The position numbers and the translations under genes were made by a program. Below are positions 58,368-64,000 of a stretch of 64,000 nucleotides of DNA, piece after piece (positions within the stretch are counted from its first letter, which is position 1; each line of letters begins with the position of its first letter). The notes beneath the pieces are model-generated. The model saw only the letters and a program-made list of their open reading frames with translations, was not told the DNA's origin and searched no databases. Source of the DNA: Verrucomicrobiales bacterium (GTDB taxonomy: Bacteria; Verrucomicrobiota; Verrucomicrobiia; Verrucomicrobiales; DEV007); contig JBMYJM010000010.1 in NCBI GenBank assembly GCA_049594415.1, forward strand, positions 41,641-105,640, read 5' to 3'.

Positions 58368-59960
58368 TTACTGAAGCTTCGATTCGGTTCGCGGATCAAA
58401 GGCAGCTCGAACGCCTTCACCAATAAAAATTCCCAGCAGGCTCACGATGAAGAGAGCAATCGCCGGATAGAAAATCAGCCACCAAGCATAGGGCTGGACC
58501 TGGCCCTGATCCAGAAGATTACCCCAACTTGGTGTTCCCGGCGGCAAACCGAAGCCCAGGTAGTCTAATGAGGTGAGGGTAAAAATGGCACCCACTAAGG
58601 CGAAGGGAAAAAAGGTGATCACAGGCACCAGCGCATTCGGAAGAATGTGCCTGAACATGATCTTCCATCGTCCGATTGCCATAACCCGGGCCGCCTCGAC
58701 AAAAGGCTGTTTCCTCAAGCGCAGAAACTCGGCTCTCATGTAATAGGAAATCGCGATCCAACTGAAACCACAGTAGACAGCACCGAGAAGACCGAAACTC
58801 CTTCCATAGACCGAGCTGAGAAAGATCATGATAAAAAGAAAGGGCATGGCTTCCCAAATCTCGGTCAATCTCTGCCCGAACATATCGATCTTGCCGCCGA
58901 AGTAACCCTGCACTGCCCCGAGGAGAATCCCGATCAGGTAGGTGACGATGGTCAGGCTGATGCCAAATATCAACGCCGAGCGCGTCGCATACAAAATCCG
59001 CACACCCACGTCTCGCCCACTATTGTCGAGGCCCAACCAGTGCCCTTTAACGGGACGAAACGGGAATTCCACTGTTTCGCTTTCAAACTTCACACTGATT
59101 TTTCCGTCAGAACTGCTCACTGCAAGATCCTCCTGAGGCACAATCAACGCTTCTTTGGCTCTCGCCAGAACAGCCGCCCTCGCCTCATCTCCCAGTCCTT
59201 CCCATGCTGATGGAGCCTCTCCCTCCCATTCCATTTCCGGAGTAATTACCCCCTTTTCTTCTTCGCTGGCAACAGCACGACGCTCCATCGAAATGCGCAC
59301 CAGCTTGGGAGCGCTGCTTCGGGGACGATGGGCCGAAAGAGAAAATACAATTCCCTGATCATTCGTCGCCAGAACTTCGGGTGTTTCCACATTTTCAAAA
59401 CGCTTGGCAACTGCTGCGTTAATCGCCTCCGGAACCTCGACCGGCCCGGCAGCCAGCGGCACACGCCTCAACTCAAACTCAGAGGCTTTCCCGTAAAAGC
59501 CGGCTGCACCTCGGCTGCGCTGTATGCTCAATTGCGAATCCACCTCAACCGTGGCCAACTGATCAGCCGGTGAAAAGCTCAGTGTCAGGGTTGAATCAAT
59601 TTCAATCTGGCTCGCTTCGAGAGACTCCTCCGGACCATTTCGAATGATTGGCCAGAACATCCAGTTGTCCGCATTCTCTTCGAAGAGAGGTCTCCTCTCC
59701 AACTGCTTGTAGCGCGGCCGGGTATTCACCCCGTTGCCCATGAAAGCGTCTTCGGGATAGAACTTAAACACGGGGAAAAACCACTGCCCGTTCGCTTTGG
59801 CAATAAGAGGCTTATCGTTGGCGATAAAGTTAGAAAGAAGGCTGATGATAAAGATGGCTAACAGAAAAGTCAGCGACCACTTGGCTCGCTTGATCTTACC
59901 GAATCGACGTAGTCGCCGTCTTGTGTTCGGATCGAGAATATGAAGCAGCCATTTCCTCAT
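58368..59960 (-). CDS. yejE: Peptide ABC transporter permease with a large periplasmic insertion
   Basis: NFIANDKPL, HWLG.D..GRD, EAARV.....HILPN, TSLDYLGFG.P...SWG. Confidence 0.82.
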   Translation of the reverse strand: MRKWLLHILDPNTRRRLRRFGKIKRAKWSLTFLLAIFIISLLSNFIANDKPLIAKANGQWFFPVFKFYPEDAFMGNGVNTRPRYKQLERRPLFEENADNWMFWPIIRNGPEESLEASQIEIDSTLTLSFSPADQLATVEVDSQLSIQRSRGAAGFYGKASEFELRRVPLAAGPVEVPEAINAAVAKRFENVETPEVLATNDQGIVFSLSAHRPRSSAPKLVRISMERRAVASEEEKGVITPEMEWEGEAPSAWEGLGDEARAAVLARAKEALIVPQEDLAVSSSDGKISVKFESETVEFPFRPVKGHWLGLDNSGRDVGVRILYATRSALIFGISLTIVTYLIGILLGAVQGYFGGKIDMFGQRLTEIWEAMPFLFIMIFLSSVYGRSFGLLGAVYCGFSWIAISYYMRAEFLRLRKQPFVEAARVMAIGRWKIMFRHILPNALVPVITFFPFALVGAIFTLTSLDYLGFGLPPGTPSWGNLLDQGQVQPYAWWLIFYPAIALFIVSLLGIFIGEGVRAAFDPRTESKLQ

Positions 59961-61003
59961 TTCTCACCTCCAAAGCTAATTCGAGGATCAACAAGCACGT
60001 AGCAGAAATCGGAAAGGATTCGACCGATCAACCCAAGGATGGAAGTGAGCGCCAGCACTCCCATGAAAACCATGTAGTCGCGGCCGACCACAGCATCGAG
60101 TGTCAGCAAACCGATCCCGCTAATTGAAAACACCCGTTCGATCAGCATCGAACCGGCAAACATAATCGTGAGGATACCGCTGATGCCTGTCACAATCGGT
60201 ATCAGCGCGTTGCGCAACGCATGCCCCCAGACCGCGCGGCGCATCGAACCACCCTTGGCCAACACCGTCCTGACATAGTCCTGAGCAATCTGGTCGAGCA
60301 ACGAGTTCTTCATCAGGATCGTGAGAACCGCAAAGTTGCCGATCACATAACAAAGCACCGGCAGAAACATATGCTCGACCTGGTCTTTTACTTTGCCCCA
60401 CGAAGAAAGTTCGTCCCAGTTCTCAGCCCGGAATCCACCAATTGGCAAGATATCCCAGAAAGTGTCTGATGTTCCGCAAAAAAGGGTCTTCAGAACCATC
60501 CCGAAGGCAAACGCAGGAATGGCGTAAAGCACCAGAACCACCACCGAGGAGGCAACATCAAATCCACTGCCGTTCCTCAGAGCTTTGGCAATGCCGAGCG
60601 GAATACAGATCAGGTAGGTGAGAACAAATCCCGAAATCCCAAACGTGAGTGAAATCGGAAACCGTTCCTTGATCAGCTCCCAGACAGTTTTGTTGTTGTA
60701 CTTGTACGAGTACGACTTCATGCCCATCGCATCTGGGACCAACCAGGTCCAGTAACGCTCGAGGAAAGGCTTGTCGAAACCAAACTCCTTCTCAATCGCT
60801 TTGCGCTGGTCTTCGGAGATACTGACGCCACCGGTAGCTCCACCACCCGCCTCGCCACCACCAAATCCGCGAATCGCCGCCAATTGCTGCTCCACCGGGC
60901 CGCCGGGAATAAACTGTGTCAGTCCAAAAACAAGAAACGTGATCCCCAGGAAGGTGGGAATCACGAGAAGCAGTCTTCGGATAAAGTAGCTGAGGCGTTC
61001 CAT
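59957..61003 (-). CDS. yejB: Peptide ABC transporter permease
   Basis: YFIRRLLLVIPT.LGIT, FIPGGPVEQ, KNSLLD...DYVRT..AKG, H.LRNAL. Confidence 0.85.
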   Translation of the reverse strand: MERLSYFIRRLLLVIPTFLGITFLVFGLTQFIPGGPVEQQLAAIRGFGGGEAGGGATGGVSISEDQRKAIEKEFGFDKPFLERYWTWLVPDAMGMKSYSYKYNNKTVWELIKERFPISLTFGISGFVLTYLICIPLGIAKALRNGSGFDVASSVVVLVLYAIPAFAFGMVLKTLFCGTSDTFWDILPIGGFRAENWDELSSWGKVKDQVEHMFLPVLCYVIGNFAVLTILMKNSLLDQIAQDYVRTVLAKGGSMRRAVWGHALRNALIPIVTGISGILTIMFAGSMLIERVFSISGIGLLTLDAVVGRDYMVFMGVLALTSILGLIGRILSDFCYVLVDPRISFGGEK

Positions 61004-61039
61004 CTGGCAGGACCAGGAAGAGTCGATCTAGCTTACAAC

Positions 61040-62842
61040 CTACTGCAGGGGAGTCGGCAGCAGCGACTGCGCCACACCGGGTTGGAAAACTTCGTCAAAA
61101 ATCACTTCTCGCGGAGGCGGTGGCAACTCCGAACCACTTTCACGGGCAGCCTCCAAATCCTCCGCCAGGAATTCGTCATTCCACCAGTAGTCCACCGCTG
61201 CCCACTCTTCGTCGAACTTGCCGAGAACATGGTCAGGCATTCCGAACTTGTTCCAATAAAGCAGACGAGTGTGATCGAGGTGCCAGAGGAGCACATAAGG
61301 GGTTTCTTCAAAAAGAATCTGGTCAATCTCTCGAATGATATCATGACGAACCTCCACATCAAACTCTCCGCGGGCCTTCTCGATCAGCGCATCGACTCGG
61401 TCATTTTTAAAGCCTGTAATATTGTTGCTCGATTTCAGCTCTGCCGTACTGGAATGCCACATCGTTTCCGGGTCCTTGAAGGGTACTGCTCCCCAGGGGG
61501 CCCACGTAATTTCGAAATTGAATTCGTCCATGTCGCGGGCCCATCCAGCCCAGTCTTTCTGGTCGATCTTCAACTCAATGCCCACATCATTGAGGGCTTC
61601 CTCGAAAATCAGGAGAAACTTCACGGTGCTAGGATCACGAATCAGGAAAGTAATGACGAAAGGCTTCCCATCCTTTTCGAGCTTTCCGCTGTCCTTGTTC
61701 ACTTCCCAGCCGGCTTCAGAAAGAAGGCCGCGGGCTTTTTCGACATCAAAAGGAATCAGCTCATTGGGATTCTGGTGGTCACCGCCCCACAGATCCTCCC
61801 AGTAGGAGCGGGACAATGGGTATTGATTGAACATAATTGTTTCATTCATTCGCTCACGGTCCATGAGGTAAGCGAGAGCCTGGCGCACTTTCTTATCATC
61901 ATAAGGTGCCCGGCGCATGTTCATCGCCATTCCCTGAAATCCCACTGGCTGACGATTGAAAACGGACTGTTTGACGATCCAGTTCTTCTTGAATCGCTCG
62001 GACTCAGTCTCCTTGATCCAACGACTCGAAGTATAAACCGCAAAGAGGTCAAACTCCCCTTTCTTGAACGCTTCGAAAGCGATGTCCCTCTGAGTATAGA
62101 ACCGGTATTCAATGGTATCAAAATTCAACTGCCCTTCACCTACGGCATCCTCGGCACGCCAGTAGTCACCACGTTTTTCAAGGCGCGCAAAATGCTGCTC
62201 TTTTACCTCTCCGAGGCTGTAGGGCCCGGAAACAATCGGGAACTCAAAGTTCACCTTATTGAAGTCCTGACTTTCCCACCAATGCTTCGGCATGATGTAA
62301 AACATTGAGCAGGCCAGTTGGTTCTTCCAGTGAACTTCATCGGCAGTGATACGAACGGTTTTTTCATCCAGCGCTTCGATCTCGATCAAACGCTTCATCG
62401 AAGCCTGAAGCGGCCCCGTAAGATGCTCGGGATTTTTGACCGCATTGAAGCTCCAGGCGACGTCCTCGGCGGTGATCGGCTCCCCATCACTCCAGTTAGC
62501 GCGAGGATCGATATGAAATGTGAATTGCTTCTTGTCTTCGGAAACTTCCCATCGATCAGCAATCCCAGGCCCAAACGTGAGAGTCACATCGTCAATGGTG
62601 AGCAATTGCTCGAACATGAGACGGAAAATCTCGCGGGAAAAAACGTTGTTTTCGATCTGGTAATTAAAACTTTTCGGAAACTGCGAGGCATACATCGAGA
62701 TCTTTCCACCCGGTTCCGCAAACTCTGAAGCAAGCGGAGATGGAACATCCTGCCATTCGGCGCCGGGGAATTCTTCAGCATGGGATAAAGATAGAAACAG
62801 AGCTGCGGGAAGAACGGGGTAGAGAAATTTCTGAATCATCAT
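61040..62842 (-). CDS. yejA: Peptide ABC transporter substrate-binding protein
   Basis: Signal peptide; A.WSDG.PITAEDVAWS, SGPY, FQGM.MNMRR..Y.D.KVRQAL. Confidence 0.82.
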   Translation of the reverse strand: MMIQKFLYPVLPAALFLSLSHAEEFPGAEWQDVPSPLASEFAEPGGKISMYASQFPKSFNYQIENNVFSREIFRLMFEQLLTIDDVTLTFGPGIADRWEVSEDKKQFTFHIDPRANWSDGEPITAEDVAWSFNAVKNPEHLTGPLQASMKRLIEIEALDEKTVRITADEVHWKNQLACSMFYIMPKHWWESQDFNKVNFEFPIVSGPYSLGEVKEQHFARLEKRGDYWRAEDAVGEGQLNFDTIEYRFYTQRDIAFEAFKKGEFDLFAVYTSSRWIKETESERFKKNWIVKQSVFNRQPVGFQGMAMNMRRAPYDDKKVRQALAYLMDRERMNETIMFNQYPLSRSYWEDLWGGDHQNPNELIPFDVEKARGLLSEAGWEVNKDSGKLEKDGKPFVITFLIRDPSTVKFLLIFEEALNDVGIELKIDQKDWAGWARDMDEFNFEITWAPWGAVPFKDPETMWHSSTAELKSSNNITGFKNDRVDALIEKARGEFDVEVRHDIIREIDQILFEETPYVLLWHLDHTRLLYWNKFGMPDHVLGKFDEEWAAVDYWWNDEFLAEDLEAARESGSELPPPPREVIFDEVFQPGVAQSLLPTPLQ

Positions 62843-63054
62843 TTCGGGTGTTTACGACCTCTGTGTCTTTTTGAATAAAGACAGATAACGAAATCGGTCA
62901 ATTCAACGGTGAAATCAACGGCGGAAACTCGTCTTTCAAACGGAAACATTCTTTCGCGCCCGTGACGCTTTCGCCGACGTCCTATGATCCAGTTTTGACA
63001 GTCGATCCCTGCCTCCAGCCGGTGTCATCGGACCGAATCAGTAGGTTTCCAACG

Positions 63055-63083
63055 TTGACGGATCTGGCTCTTCTGGCCATTTT
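63055..63083 (+). promoter_or_regulatory. Putative sigma70 promoter (leaderless)
   Basis: TTGACG-N17-CATTTT ending 7 nt before ATG 63091. Confidence 0.4.
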
Positions 63084-63090
63084 TTCCGAA

Positions 63091-63732
63091 ATGAACGAAA
63101 CATTGATCGAAAAGCTGAACTGGCGCTATGCCACCAAAGTCTTTAATCCGGAAAAGAGGATCCCCGAAGCCGACTGGAAAACTCTTGAAGAAGCGCTCAT
63201 TTTGACCCCTTCTTCGTACGGACTTCAGCCTTGGAGATTTATCGTCATTCAGGATCAAGAACTCAAATCTTCTCTGGTTCCCGCCTCATACAAGCAGCAA
63301 CAGGTAGCGGACTGTTCCCACCTGCTTGTATTTGCAGTTCGTACTGAAATGACCGAAGGCGACGTCGACAAGCTGATCGCAGCAACCGCCACTGCCCGCG
63401 GCGTTGAGGTGGAATCGCTCGCCTTCTACAAAAATATGATGATCGGCGACATCGTCGAAGGACCACGCTCTGAAGACTGTATTGGCTGGGCCAAGCTCCA
63501 AAGCTATATCGCACTGGGGAACTTCATGACCTCAGCTGCCCTGCTAGGGATCGACTGCTGCCCCATGGAAGGATTCGTTCCGGCGATGTATGACGAAGCC
63601 CTCGGTCTTGCTGAGAAGGGACTTACGACTGCCGTTGTCTGCCCGGCGGGCTATCGTGCCAAGGATGACAAGTATGCGTCCTCACCGAAGGTTCGCTATT
63701 CGGCCGACGAGCTGATCGATCACATTGGGTGA
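63091..63732 (+). CDS. NAD(P)H nitroreductase (NfsB-like)
   Basis: WRYATK.F, PSSYGLQPW.F, LGIDCCPMEGF, GYRA..D...PKVR. Confidence 0.93.
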   Translation: MNETLIEKLNWRYATKVFNPEKRIPEADWKTLEEALILTPSSYGLQPWRFIVIQDQELKSSLVPASYKQQQVADCSHLLVFAVRTEMTEGDVDKLIAATATARGVEVESLAFYKNMMIGDIVEGPRSEDCIGWAKLQSYIALGNFMTSAALLGIDCCPMEGFVPAMYDEALGLAEKGLTTAVVCPAGYRAKDDKYASSPKVRYSADELIDHIG

Positions 63733-63738
63733 TAATCC

Positions 63739-64000
63739 CTAAAGATGCGCGCGCAGCATCTTCAGACTTCGTTCAGCTCCTGACAAAACATCCTCGTTAC
63801 CTTCAAACTCGACAGAGAGATATCCACGGAAGTTTGCCTGCTTGAGAATGGCGGCAACTCTGCTGTAGTCGAGGTCAAGGGTGTACCAGGTGCCTCCCCC
63901 GTAGTAAGTCTTCGCCTGGACGAGGACGCAGTGCGGAGCCAGCGCTTCCATTTGCTCGTATTTCTGCTCGAGGAAATTGCCCGTATCCAGCGTGGCCTTC
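63739..64000 (-). CDS. Sugar-phosphate isomerase/epimerase family protein, C-terminal part (runs off the window edge)
   Basis: ATLDTGNFLE..YEQ...LAPH...VQAKTYYGGG.WYTLDLDY...FRGYLSVEFEG. Confidence 0.85.
   Translation of the reverse strand, partial: KATLDTGNFLEQKYEQMEALAPHCVLVQAKTYYGGGTWYTLDLDYSRVAAILKQANFRGYLSVEFEGNEDVLSGAERSLKMLRAHL

Noticed and set aside
62962-63090. N-terminal extension of the nitroreductase ORF
   Set aside because: The family starts at MNETLIEKLNWRYATK, and a promoter-like motif lies inside the extension.

Overview
A 64-kb stretch of core bacterial chromosome, most likely from a member of the Verrucomicrobiota. That assignment is inferred from the PEP-CTERM autotransporter-strand protein, PVC-style secretin and pilin motifs, sulfatase, GlgE and Chlamydia/Bacteroidota-type topoisomerase IV. 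I found no IS element, prophage, CRISPR array, tRNA or rRNA. Housekeeping content: lepA-lepB, trmJ, parE-parC, glgE, ccsA-hemA-hemC-cobA/hemD, secG-waaF-myg1, recD2, pabB, trmD, a gspFGHIJK-type operon, selO, rnr, cysQ, a yejABEF-type ABC transporter and a nitroreductase. The best leads are: (1) a CarH/LitR-like MerR regulator with no B12-binding motif but a C-terminal Cys/His cluster, divergent from an ECF sigma factor that has no neighbouring anti-sigma gene, with mirrored pairs of 11-bp-spaced TnnACA boxes between them; (2) a stand-alone miniature secretin-like protein; (3) a GGQ peptidyl-tRNA hydrolase resembling mitochondrial MTRFR/C12orf65 more than ArfB; (4) a membrane pseudokinase-TPR protein; (5) a GspJ-like pseudopilin with a (GPGG)n tail; (6) a 2445-aa PEP-CTERM protein with a C-A-B-A-B-A-C repeat layout; (7) a CHASE2 sensor with no output domain; (8) two unexplained structured intergenic segments. 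All family assignments are by eye from motifs. No database search was run.
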